Shown: piece after piece, positions 1 to 10,761 of the stretch | Layout: each line of letters opens with the position of its first letter | Position numbering within the stretch: the first letter of the stretch is position 1 | Assembly: GCA_047495785.1 (NCBI GenBank) | Contig: JBLDXI010000015.1 | Coordinates: 1,860,001-1,924,000 of the forward strand | Origin: Lepidodermella squamata | Taxonomy: Eukaryota > Animalia > Gastrotricha | DNA length: 64,000 bases | Reading direction: 5' to 3' | The notes under the pieces: generated by a model | What the model was told of the DNA's origin: nothing | What the model saw: only the letters and a program-made list of their open reading frames with translations | The model's database searches: none | Made by a program: the position numbers and the translations under genes

Positions 1-188
1 AGATTCCGGCATGGAAGCGTCAGCGGCAAAGGGATTTTAGCGCCATAAAATACCAGATTTGTGCGTATTTTTGACAGGTGTTTTTACTGTTTCCTCAAAT
101 AATTGTTTTATTAACCAAGAACATGGCACCTCTGCTATAAAATAGTGTTGATGGCACAGGAATAAAAAATATTCGCATCATTCATTGG

Positions 189-834
189 TTACATGTCGTT
201 GTAGCTGCTGTTGGACAATGTTCCGTACGGTGGCTGGCGGCGCCTTTTGATAAGCATGAAGACCAGAGCAAAGAGGAGAACGATGGCAACTCCTAGAACG
301 ATTCCGCCAACAAACGAGCCTGCGTCAAACCCCCCACCGCTAGATTTGCTTGCCGGTGTCGTCGAACCAGCCATTGCTGTTGTGCTGCCACCAGGCGAGG
401 GTTGGAAACTCGATGTACTTATGGCGGTTGTCGCATTCGAAGCTTCGGTTGTATTCGGGGCTGTAGCAGTCGTAGTCGCTGTGGCTGTGCTCGGTGAAGT
501 TGCAACCTGTGAAGAGGTTGTATCTATCACTGCAGTAGTGGTCGGTTTCGTGGTTTCGGGTTGACTGGTAGTTGAAGGCACAGTAGTTGAAGGAATCGTT
601 GAGGTCTGTGTCGTTGTGGCTGCCTGAGTAGTTGCAGTGGAATGGTCTGTATTATTCATCGCTGTGACCGCAGCTGCTGTAGTTGTAGTTGTCGGATCAT
701 CTAACGGACGAATCAGGTTGAATTCATTACGATAAATACATTTTGAGGATCAAATTTTGTAGCGTACCTGAAAGAACGGAACTGAAAGTCCCCAAAATTA
801 GCCAAAAAGCTATCATTCGATTGGAAATCATCAT
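189..834 (-). CDS. CD164/porimin (TMEM123)-like type I mucin membrane protein, 2 exons (768-834, 189-700), about 192 aa
   Basis: Signal-peptide exon MMISNRMIAFWLILGTFSSVLS, phase-1 GT-AG intron, Thr/Ser-rich stalk, family motif FDAGSFVGGIVL plus TM, basic stop-transfer and YGTL tail motif. Confidence 0.85.
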
Positions 835-1172
835 CACCGGGTAATGAACCTATAATATGGGGAAAACTTTCGATGAAAAAACTTGGCAAAAACTGTTAGC
901 TTGGATAAGGCAATTAGTCTGAACCTTAATGCTTCGCTTTTTTGTTCTAGCTATAGCCATGGGAATGTTTTAGATCCGGCTATTAGAACGTATTAAATTA
1001 CCTTATACTCGTGTGATATAAAACAGCAAGCACATGGCGCGATAACGCAATCTGGTAAAATCTACACAGAAGTGTAGGATTTTTCTTACCTTGGGATTGG
1101 CCATTACGCAAGTACTCATTTCCAACATATTCACGTGATTATTTTTATGCTGTGATTAAAATATATCAGCAG

Positions 1173-1619
1173 CCAACATATCCTAAATTGGGGTGACTTT
1201 GGCATATCAAAAATCAACGCTTGTAAGGTAAAGACACCATGAGTGGGGTACCGTCGGGTTGCCCAAGAAGATGCAAGTCTGGATTTATACAATGTATACA
1301 CAATATATAAAAAAATATACAGTGTATGCAACATATACAATATATACAATATATACAATATATACAATGTAAACAATGGATGCTATGTATACAACCTATT
1401 TCGGGACATGAAATTACAGGTGAAAATATAGTAACATCTTCGAAAATGTTCATTTAAGTTTTAGAGGAACTTCCGTGGCTACTCACCGAATCCGCCTCAT
1501 ATAAATCGAAATCAAAAGCCCGTTTTTCAGGCTATCCAACGGTAACCCACCCATGGTGTCTTTGCACTACCACCTTCGATGTTATATATTCCTAAGTCAC
1601 CCCAATTTACGGTGTGTTT
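1173..1619. mobile_element. MITE-like element with about 100 bp degenerate terminal inverted repeats and an internal 9-bp minisatellite
   Basis: taaattggggtgactt...aaagacaccatg.gtggg.taccgt at about 1184-1255 recurs as its reverse complement at about 1535-1613; no transposase ORF. Confidence 0.7.
1285..1378. repeat. ATATACAAT-type 9-bp minisatellite
   Basis: Tandem tatatacaa units are visible directly and explain the spurious YILYIL ORFs. Confidence 0.85.
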
Positions 1620-1855
1620 GTATTATACCTAGGCACTTTCCCCACTTTGAAAAGAAACAAACAAGTATACCATCTCATCATCATTTTTATTCAAAATTAT
1701 TGCAAGCAGTAAAATTTTGAAAATAGATAAATAAAATCACAAAATTTCGATTTATATGACTAGAGTAATCGCAAGTTGACAAGAGGTGTTTTCATTCAAC
1801 AAAAAGGGCAGTTTTAAAAACAAAACACAAAAAAATCACCGAATTTTATGTTTTT

Positions 1856-3919
1856 TCACGCGACATGAATATACGTTTTCTCGTTGTGCTTCTTGTAGAA
1901 TTGATAGCCAATAATTGCGATGACGGTGAGCCCAGCGCCTAGGGCGATGCCGCCGAAAAAACTGCCAACGTCGAACCCACCTTCGCCTTCAATTACCACC
2001 TCGGTTGTAGTCGATACAGGTGCCACTGTGCTGTTGTTTTCTGTTCACGAACAAATATATACGATTTAAATTATTTTTCATGTACCTAATTTACTTTAAA
2101 TATTGAAAGAAAATACGAGCGAAAAGTTTCAACATTTTATTCACCTCCCATGAAAATTTCAGAATCTTGAACCTGATTTTTTACAATTTCGTCTTTTTAA
2201 GACGCACCCCAAGTAAGTACCAAATTGAATTTTTAGCTTTTTGGAAAACAACCATAATTTTTCATAAAAAAGTAGCGCGCTTATTACTACGCAGAACCAA
2301 TTTTGTTTGAATATTCAGGAAAAAAAGTTAGTAATTGTCTCATTTTTTTTAATCGATACTGATTTCCCCATGAGCCTGACCAGCTTTTTACGTCAGAAAA
2401 ATTCCTCATTTTTTTTCCTATTTTTGAGCACGCATTTTTTGAAAATACCATTTTTCCTCTGTACCTATGAAGCCCAGTTTCCCAACAACTTGAACTCTTT
2501 TCGATATCAATTTTCCCCTCATGAATTGATTTTGAAAGCGGTATCAAAATCTCGTCTCGTGCCAATAGTTCAAGGTCATTTTTTATTTGCAAACAATTAC
2601 GAAATTCAAGCCTCCTCCTTAAAAACGCTCTCATCAAGTTTTTCAAGATCACGCCTGGTGGTGGTGTTCAGCGTATAGGGCACAGATGTAGAGGTTGGCC
2701 GATTAGCATGCTCCTGAAGTTTGAAATACGTATAAAGTAACGCAGCGAATACAACGGTAAAATTGCCGAGCCACCACAACCCAGATTTGCTTTCATGATA
2801 GTAAAACGTGGCGAGCAACGTCTGAACCACCGATTTGCTATGTACGGAAATGTTATGGCTAAGCGGCGATGTATGGCGGATACACGATAGGCCGGCTATC
2901 ATGACAAAAAACGTAACAGCGCCTGAAATAACCAGGGCCAGCCATATATTTCCGATTTCGGTGAAGAAAAACTGGAAAACCGACTGAGATGCGCTGGCGT
3001 GGCCAATTTCGCCGGAAAATGCGATGAATAACGGCAAAAATGCGAGGGAGAGGCCGTTTATTACTAGAGAAATTATAATTTCCGAATTGTCCTTATCAGA
3101 CTGAGCAACAGCTTCGACGGCTTTTTTCATTATAACACCTTGAAGTCCTAGCGCGAAACTCGCGGTAATTCCTGATATAATTCCGGCCCAGGTCGTAGTA
3201 CCGGCTTCTTTTTCCTGTTGAACGCTCAACCAGAATCCGAACATGAGGATCGCACAGCTGAAACAGCTTTTCAACGACGCCTTTTGGCCGAGTAGTAAAT
3301 ACGTGAAAACTACGGCTGAGACGAGATTCAACGACCGAACGACTTGAAAAAATGAGACCATCACTAATCGCAGGCAAATGTTATTGAGAGCTAGCGTGAT
3401 AATATAGGTCACAGTCATTAGTGTCAACCAATTTTTAGCTGGTGTTGTAAGAGATGATAGAATTCTCCTGACTCCGTGTTGCGTTGAATTTTGAAGATAA
3501 ATCGCGGATAATATGGTGGATACAACATTTTGGCAGAATATTAACGTAAAATTTAAATGAGAATTCGCCAATAAATATTTGTTGAAAAATACGGTGACAA
3601 TCGACGAAATCCAATAACTTGCGATTGATATTAAAATTACGCATAAAATTCGAGGAGAAACAGGCATTTGCGGTAAAATATAGCTAAAATAAAATATTCA
3701 TAAAAAAATTTAAATAAAAATACCAAATAATTTTCAAAGCACATAAAATTTTGAAATAATGATAATTTGTAACAAAATATATTTTCGTATGTAAAATGCC
3801 AATCCTTGAAAATATTCGCTACCGATCCTAATTTTAGAAAGCTCACCTTGACCACTGACGAACTGCGAGAGACCAAGAATGAGATACATAGACGCACAAA
3901 TCAGGACATTGTAGGTCAT
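1856..3919 (-). CDS. Second, short CD164/porimin-like protein, 2 exons (3847-3919, 1856-2040), 85 aa
   Basis: Exon 2 (absent from the ORF track): ENNSTVAPVSTTTEVVIEGEGGFDVGSFFGGIALGAGLTVIAIIGYQFYKKHNEKTYIHVA. Signal-peptide exon MTYNVLICASMYLILGLSQFVSGQ ends G|gtgag and joins in phase 1 to cag|AA, the same architecture as the paralog. The exon-1 assignment is inferred. Confidence 0.65.
2606..3667 (-). CDS. GDP-fucose transporter-like nucleotide-sugar transporter (SLC35C1 family), single exon
   Basis: YWISSIVTVFFNKYLL, NNICLR, SFFQVVRSL, TSPLSHNIS, WWLGN motifs match SLC35C1; about 10 TM. Confidence 0.85.
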   Translation of the reverse strand: MPVSPRILCVILISIASYWISSIVTVFFNKYLLANSHLNFTLIFCQNVVSTILSAIYLQNSTQHGVRRILSSLTTPAKNWLTLMTVTYIITLALNNICLRLVMVSFFQVVRSLNLVSAVVFTYLLLGQKASLKSCFSCAILMFGFWLSVQQEKEAGTTTWAGIISGITASFALGLQGVIMKKAVEAVAQSDKDNSEIIISLVINGLSLAFLPLFIAFSGEIGHASASQSVFQFFFTEIGNIWLALVISGAVTFFVMIAGLSCIRHTSPLSHNISVHSKSVVQTLLATFYYHESKSGLWWLGNFTVVFAALLYTYFKLQEHANRPTSTSVPYTLNTTTRRDLEKLDESVFKEEA

Positions 3920-3995
3920 TTTTCTACTTCGACCGCCTCAGCAATAAATATATTTAACAAGAAAAATGACCTAATAAATCGAAAATATTGGTTAA

Positions 3996-4625
3996 TTAAA
4001 ATTTTGATTGAAATTCTTGATCGAGATACGCTTTGAAGGCAGAAACTGTTGGGTAACGATCAGACAGTCGAAATTTAACCTCCGGCTCCATTTCCGCGTA
4101 AGTTTGATCACTGCCATTAGGTTGAAAATTTTTGTAACAGTCCCGTTGAGATCCGCGAGGGGCGACAATTTTACCCTCAACTTTGCCGATAAACGTTTTA
4201 ATATCAGCATCAGTCGGATTTTCGATAGGCACCCTGCAAAACGCGATTGCACATAACGCATACGCGCTTTTGTCCTCGAAATCGGCCAGCATTCGATAAA
4301 TCGCATCACCGCCTGATTTTTTGATGAACCATTTGATGTAAGGACCCGGCAGGCCATTCAACGCTGTCATGCACAAACTGCCGTCTTCAACCATGATACC
4401 AATAACGCTGTTTAAAATCGGGTTTTTCGCACATCGTTCGATTGCTGTTAACAGTTTAGCTCGGACAATTTTTTCGGGTTCACCCTGGTACTCGGGTAGA
4501 TCGATGTCTTCGGCTATCACTTCATAGCTATCGCGTAAAATATGGCGAATTTCGTCGATTTTACCAGGACAGCCGGAAATCAACAGCAATTTCGGTTTTG
4601 GCAAACCACCTACACATGCCGGCAT
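3996..4625 (-). CDS. ITPase/HAM1-family paralog A (highly divergent)
   Basis: [22 protein letters not shown] present; FGWDP replaced by RDCYKN and SHR by SDR. Confidence 0.85.
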   Translation of the reverse strand: MPACVGGLPKPKLLLISGCPGKIDEIRHILRDSYEVIAEDIDLPEYQGEPEKIVRAKLLTAIERCAKNPILNSVIGIMVEDGSLCMTALNGLPGPYIKWFIKKSGGDAIYRMLADFEDKSAYALCAIAFCRVPIENPTDADIKTFIGKVEGKIVAPRGSQRDCYKNFQPNGSDQTYAEMEPEVKFRLSDRYPTVSAFKAYLDQEFQSKF

Positions 4626-4839
4626 TATTTTATCAAATGCAAATTCTACATCAAATAAAATCGGAAGATATGAAAATCTTGATAAAAAATATTAAAATGA
4701 CATAAGAACGCCATAAAAGCGCGAATTGTTATCGGCGAGATTCCAGTAATTATTCGCAACATGAAAAAAATCTATCAAATTATAGAAGGATGAATTATCC
4801 ATAAAATTGGAAATATTTTTTCGGAAAAATTCGGAAAAA

Positions 4840-5439
4840 TCAACAAAGGCTGTCGAGGAAAGTTTTCAAAGCCGTAACAGAGTGAAATCGATGCGACATC
4901 GAATTCTTCAATTCGAAAGGCATTTCCGCATAAGTCTGATCGTAACCATCGGGTTGGAAGAAATTATAACCAAAATTCCTAGAACCGCGAGGCGCAACAA
5001 TTTTTCCGTTAATTTTACCCGAGAAAATCTTGACACCCGATTCTTCACCTCGAGAAAAATACGGCGACGGGTGAAATCCTATTGTACTCAGGGCGTAAGC
5101 ACTTTTATCGTCAAAATCGCTCAACATTCTATGAAAATCGCCGTCGTGGCATTTTTTCAAGAACCATTTGATGTAGGGACCAGGCAGACCGCCGATTGCG
5201 TTGAAGCATAAACTGCCATCGTCAACAATGAAACCAATCGCCTCGCGTAAAATCGGCTTATCCCGCAGAAATTCACTTGCAGTTTGAAGTTTCTCAGCGA
5301 CAATTTCGTCCGGTTCACCTTGAAATTCCGGCAGGTCAATGTCTTCAATTACAAGCTCGTAATTTTCGCCCAAAATCGCTTGAATCTCGCTTATTTTTCC
5401 AGCATTTCCAGAAATCAATAAAATTTTACGTTTAGACAT
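4840..5439 (-). CDS. ITPase/HAM1-family paralog B (intermediate); likely start MSKRKILL at 5439
   Basis: SGNAGK, DLPEFQG, GLPGPYIKWF, SHR; FGWDP altered to FGYNF; ttttag acceptor 2 nt before the ATG. Confidence 0.88.
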   Translation of the reverse strand: MSKRKILLISGNAGKISEIQAILGENYELVIEDIDLPEFQGEPDEIVAEKLQTASEFLRDKPILREAIGFIVDDGSLCFNAIGGLPGPYIKWFLKKCHDGDFHRMLSDFDDKSAYALSTIGFHPSPYFSRGEESGVKIFSGKINGKIVAPRGSRNFGYNFFQPDGYDQTYAEMPFELKNSMSHRFHSVTALKTFLDSLC

Positions 5440-5470
5440 TTCTAAAAGGAAAAAAATTAGGAATAGAATT

Positions 5471-6103
5471 TCATTTTTTCGAGAATTTTTCATCAAGATG
5501 AGCCTTTAAAGCCATCAAAGCATTGTAACGATGTGAGATTTTGTTCTTGATATCCGACGACATTTCCGCAAAAGTTTGGTCGTAGCCATCGGGCTGGAAA
5601 ATCGGATCCCAGCCAAACTCGTTAGACCCACGCGGTTTAACAATTTTCCCGTTAATTTTGCCTGGGAAAATGCCGACTTTCGGAGCGACTGAGTCGACAC
5701 CAGCCGGTTCGCAAAAACCGAAAACACACATAGCAACAGCGCTTATATCCTCGAAATCGGTCAACATCCGTTGCAGGCCTGAAGCTCCGCATTTTTTCAA
5801 GAACCATTTAACATACGGCCCGGGCATGCCGCCTAAAGCGTTGAAGCAAAGGCTAGTGTCTTCGATGATTATGCCGGCGCCGGATTTTAGGGTGGAATTT
5901 TTCTTGCAGCACTCGAGGGCAGCGAGGCATTTTTCTCGCACGATTTCTTCAGGCTCGCCCTGGTACTCGGGCAGGTCAATGTCCTCTGCGATTACTTCGA
6001 AATGGCTGCCTAAAATCGCGTTCACTTCACGCACTTTACCAGCATTTCCAGAGATGAATAGTAACTGAGGTTTTGATGATCCATTGCTAACAGATGAAGC
6101 CAT
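5471..6103 (-). CDS. ITPA: Inosine triphosphate pyrophosphatase, canonical copy; likely start MASSVSNG at 6103
   Basis: All hallmark motifs: [44 protein letters not shown]. Confidence 0.93.
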   Translation of the reverse strand: MASSVSNGSSKPQLLFISGNAGKVREVNAILGSHFEVIAEDIDLPEYQGEPEEIVREKCLAALECCKKNSTLKSGAGIIIEDTSLCFNALGGMPGPYVKWFLKKCGASGLQRMLTDFEDISAVAMCVFGFCEPAGVDSVAPKVGIFPGKINGKIVKPRGSNEFGWDPIFQPDGYDQTFAEMSSDIKNKISHRYNALMALKAHLDEKFSKK

Positions 6104-6508
6104 TTTGCGAGCTAAATTTCTCAGCATAAAACCTAAACAGGGCAATGGATGTGTCGAAAATTCTTAGGATCAAGAAATTAAACATATTTTTCTCAAAACA
6201 CGAGGTAAAAATGAAAACTCGTTTACCCCAAAATTCGCCGTATCTTTCAACATTTTCTGCATCAACTTCGAAAAAATCAATGGCCACTGAACAAAAGATA
6301 AGCCGGTTGAAGCTTACAATATTCACTCCTCAAAAATTGATTTTTTCTGTTTTCAGCAAGCAGCAGGCAATTCAATAATTTAGCAGCTTTCGAATAGCAA
6401 GCTTAAAGCAACAAAACCCTCAAGCTCTGTAGAAAAAAGCTGAAAATTCACGAAATTAAATATGAAGAAAATTTATTGAAAAAGCGAAAAAATAATCTTC
6501 ATCTTGTG

Positions 6509-8200
6509 CTAAACGTCATAGGTTTTTGCAGCATTGCTGAAGAAAGTGAGCAATTCATCGCGACTTTTCTCGCTTAAATCCTCGAGAGACGCGACTGTTT
6601 TCTTGACGCACTCGATGATAGCCGGTAATTGGTGCACAATCGCACCTTCAAGCAGCGAAATGCCCAAGTCAAACAACCGCATAGTGTAGATGCAAACAAT
6701 TTCAGAGGCAGCATTTTCAGACGAAACTTTCGATATTAGAGCCGAAATTGTGTCGAGAAAATAACTAGGCCTCTGCTGTAGCATTGGGCCCAATGTCCAT
6801 AACAATTCGAATAAAATAGAGTCCGTTAGGCCGTCATCCGGCAGATATGAAACCAAAGCATCAGGAGCCATAGCTGACGGATTTTGCTGGCAATGTTGAA
6901 GCAGTAATAACCAGCTTAAAATATCGTTTTGAGCCATTTTTTGGATGAATTCCTCGACAGACTGACGATCTTCCTCTCGCGTTTTCGATGAATCATCACT
7001 AGGTAAACGTGACTCCAAAATAGAGACAGAAAGAGCGGCTAAAAAGTCGAAGTATTTCGCAAAATCAACTCGATCTTGAAAACTTTTGTAGTTTTTCTTG
7101 ACTAGAAGGTTATGATGGCCTTTTAAACAACAAAATCATAAAAAGCAACAAATCCAGCTTAAAAACTCACCTAATTTGAGCAAATAAACCAATAATTGAG
7201 CGTAATTCGTGTTTCGAAGCAGGGTTTCCGTCGAAATGCATTCAGCTGATAGAGAAATGAGTTTTTTACACGCCAGGTCGACGAAAAGTGGATCGGCTAG
7301 TAGTAGCGCCAGCGATCCGATATCTTTAACAGACTCGCAGACACTGTGCAATTGCTTCAGCTGCTTACTTTCAATCTGCTGATTTCGAATCGACGTATCA
7401 ATGCACCAGCACAGCTTGTAGAATGGCTCGAAATGGCGCACTGTCTCAGAACTCCCGGCTAGGTTCAAAATTAAGGAGGATTTCATGATGCAAACAATGT
7501 CATTCTCCGTCTGATCGAAGCTTTCGTCCAAAATTTGATGAACTGCCGAGTAGAGGCGAGTGTTATTACCGATCATCGACGCGATTTTCGTGATGCTATC
7601 GTGTTTCCGCATGTTGTTAATCAAATCTGGCGATAATTTGTTAAAATGGCCGCAATTCACAGCGCTGCGGAATGACGACTCGATTGAGGTGATATACTCT
7701 GCGACCAAGCTGAAAATCGAGCTGCGGAAAAAACTCGGCTTTTGTTCGTAGATTTTCTGCCGCAGTTCAGTTGGGCACAAATCGAACAGCTCGTAGCTAG
7801 TGAATCTCTCCAAAACTTCCTCCGATAGACTCGGAACAGCCATAGCCGCGCTGAAAATAACCGGCTGCAATAGAGGCACATCAATCGCCAAATTTGAGTA
7901 TCGTAACAAGTAATCGTTCAGTTTTTCAACAGTTTCTTCGCCGACTGACTGGCCCAAATGATTCAAATGATCGCAAAACTTGTCTCGGAGTGCCTCAGCC
8001 GCTGCTAGGTAATAGTTATGCCTAGGCGCTCCCAAAATGTCGTACAAGCCCAGAGCTGATTTCAGTGATGGCACTAGAATGGCATTTCGCTGCTGAAACT
8101 CGTCAATAGCATCGGCCACAACGGCAGGATCTGAGCTTGAACCCAAGGCTTCCCGCAAACTTTCCCGTCCTTTGCTACCAATAGTGTCGTTAGTCGCCAT
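6509..8200 (-). CDS. NELFB: Negative elongation factor B (COBRA1), 2 exons (intron about 7121-7170)
   Basis: ESLREAL, AIDEFQQRNAILVPSLKSALGLYDILG, LRQKIY, EPFYKLCWCIDTSIR match NELF-B; G|gtgag...aag|GC joins the two ORFs in frame. Confidence 0.85.
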
Positions 8201-8381
8201 TTTTCACAAAATTCTACAACAAATAAGGCAATTTTCAATTTGGGGCAAATAATTTATTACTCAAAATTCCCGCAACATTAACAACAGTAAATACCGGTTA
8301 TACAAAAATTACAAATATTTGGTCATAGTGCAATGGTATAAAGTCGTTGAGTGAAGAGAATGAAAAAATGAAATTGCAAAA

Positions 8382-9461
8382 TTATAGCTTCAATATTTTT
8401 GAATGGCCGTTTTTAAGATGGCCATTACCGTTCGGTAGATGGCCATTACCATTCGTTAAATGGCCATTTCCGTTTTGATAAGGCGTTGCTTTTGGAAGCA
8501 CAGCAGTTTTACGACTTTCGATATATTTAGTATAAGTATATGTAGCAGCTCCGAGCACAACACTAGAATTTCCAATCCACCACAGCCAAGTTTTGGTTTC
8601 GTTGAATAGCCAGCAGGCAACAATCGTTTGCACAACCGATTTTGTTTGCACAGATATGTTGTGGCTCAGAGGAGCCGTGAGCCGAATACAGGCGTTACTG
8701 CTAACGCCGATCGCAAAAGTTAAGACACCAGATTGGCATATTAGCAACCAGAATTTAGAAAAACTAACAGTAGCTTCAAGATCGTTGTACTGTTTTACAA
8801 CGTCACCGGCTTCACCAGTAACGATAGCGAGGAAAGCCAGTAAAGGAACGGATATAGAATTTGTATAAAAGCATAACAATATATCAGGATTGGAAGAACT
8901 CGACAAGGCATCAAGCGCTTTCTTAATCAAGACACCTTGTATGCCTAAAGCAACGCTGGCTGAAAGGCCGAAAATAACCCCGTAGACATCCAACGTCCCC
9001 AGACCAGACTCTTGATCGACAGTAAGCCAGAAACCGGCAACGACCATGGTACAGCATAACAAGCTTTGTTGAGATTGCTTTTGGCCTAGCAGCATGTACG
9101 TGAAAATCACAGTAGATATCAAGTTGAGCGAGCGAGCCACTTGGAAAAAAGATACTGTTACGAGGCGCAGACATATATTATTCAACGTAAGAGTTCCGAC
9201 GTATGTAAATGTCATAAATATCAGGAGATTTCGAGTCGGCGTATTTGATAAGGCCTTGCTAATGCTAATATTGCTGTACGTTCGAATCCATACCACAGCG
9301 AGGACAGCGGATATTGCGTTTTGCACGAGTATGATGCTGAAATTATAGCTACTTTTCGTCAAGAAGAACTTGTTCAGGAAAACAGTTGAAATTGACGATA
9401 TCCAGTAGCTTGCGAATGCCAAGAACACAAAGAATGTGCTCGTAAACTTAACGGCCGGCAT
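8382..9461 (-). CDS. GDP-fucose transporter-like SLC35C1 paralog, single exon
   Basis: YWISSISTVFLNK, NNICLR, SFFQVARSL, TAPLSHNIS, WWIGN; paralog of 2606-3667. Confidence 0.87.
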   Translation of the reverse strand: MPAVKFTSTFFVFLAFASYWISSISTVFLNKFFLTKSSYNFSIILVQNAISAVLAVVWIRTYSNISISKALSNTPTRNLLIFMTFTYVGTLTLNNICLRLVTVSFFQVARSLNLISTVIFTYMLLGQKQSQQSLLCCTMVVAGFWLTVDQESGLGTLDVYGVIFGLSASVALGIQGVLIKKALDALSSSSNPDILLCFYTNSISVPLLAFLAIVTGEAGDVVKQYNDLEATVSFSKFWLLICQSGVLTFAIGVSSNACIRLTAPLSHNISVQTKSVVQTIVACWLFNETKTWLWWIGNSSVVLGAATYTYTKYIESRKTAVLPKATPYQNGNGHLTNGNGHLPNGNGHLKNGHSKILKL

Positions 9462-10359
9462 TCAAATCGAATGATACAATGACCAAGGTGACTCGTGAGC
9501 TGCTATGACGACTATAAAAGATTAGCAGCAACTCATATCAAGATATATACACCGGTAATCACCTATAATTCAAGAACATAAATTAACATAAAACGGGTTA
9601 CTGAGATACTGGTATGAAAGACGTCTGCGGTTTACTTAAAGCCTGGCTCAAAACTATACGCGGAGACACAACGTATAACCACTAACCACCTCCCGCCTCC
9701 GGCCCACTAAATTGGCATCAATGGCGCTTTCGACTGGGATTTCACGTATCTAAACCGTGTGATTTTAATTTCGCTGGTTTCTCGTAGAACCGCTCTCTCA
9801 GAGGAAGGAAGCTTTCAAGTATAAGCTCTATGAAAAAAGAGTCTCTGCTACCTGTCGTATTACCGACGGAGTGCCCATGCTCTCAGAGCATTTGTCACAG
9901 CAGCTATCGAAACCAACTAATATAGGATATAAAATCAGACCTCTTGGAAGGAGCCATATGAAAAACGGGCCAGTAAAATGGCTGCAATAGCATAGGGCAG
10001 TTCTACAAGCGATGGCGAGGTTTTTAATGGCCGGCTAGTTTTAAAAAGGTGAAATAAACGCGCAGCTCGTAGCACGTTGCAACATCGATCTTCGTTGGTT
10101 CTTCCACGGTGGCTGGTTGCGTGAAGTCTTACGCCTTGCGGCTTTCCGCTTGTGCCCATCGTCAGATGCGAGCCGTGAGCGGCCGCGAGCAAAAAAACGC
10201 AGAATCGCAGAGAAACCCTGCGGTTATACAGAAATTTCGTAATCTTTTAATTTATATTGCATAACGTGAAAAACTAAACGAGATGTATAAGAAAATTATA
10301 AAATTTTAATACAGGTCAATATTTAATGAACAATGTACCCGCGAAAGAAAGAAAGAATA

Positions 10360-10412
10360 GGTGCCAATCAGTGTCCTCGAACTTCGCGTCCATTATTCAC
10401 ACCCACCCGCCC
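10360..10412. promoter_or_regulatory. Putative promoter elements (CCAAT and GC/CACCC boxes) in the divergent intergenic region
   Basis: gtgccaatcag and cacacccacccgccc between head-to-head SLC35C and RB1CC1 genes. Confidence 0.3.
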
Positions 10413-10761
10413 TTCGAAAGAGAGTGCGAAACGTGGAAGCTGTGCTCGTCACTTGTTGACACCGAAAGTTGGTATTTGTCATTAAATGAACAATTTGCAT
10501 CATTCTTGCTTACCTTTCTTCGTTTTGCTTTGTTACTGTTAATCGTCTCAGCTGAATTCCGTGTTACCTCGCTCCTCCTGAGCTGAATAGTTAAGTAAAT
10601 GGCCAATTCTTAATTCTTTCGCGGTATATCGCCGGATAATTGATTGGTTTATGAATCCTTCGCTTGCAAGTTGCAAGAAAATGATGTGCCACTTCAAACA
10701 TTTAACAGCGAGCTTCGAAAGTATAGATATATTATTTCTATGAAATTTGTAATTTAGAATA

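Noticed and set aside
1131-1453. ORFs with YILYIL / CIYCIY repeats
   Set aside because: Translations of the 9-bp minisatellite inside the MITE
10080-10195. GC-rich tract with several GNRA-like loops on the minus strand (possible structured ncRNA) and scattered splice-like signals in 9.5-10.6 kb
   Set aside because: No recognisable RNase P/MRP, SRP, snRNA or SL RNA motifs and no consistent spliced ORF could be assembled; an Rfam/Infernal search would be needed
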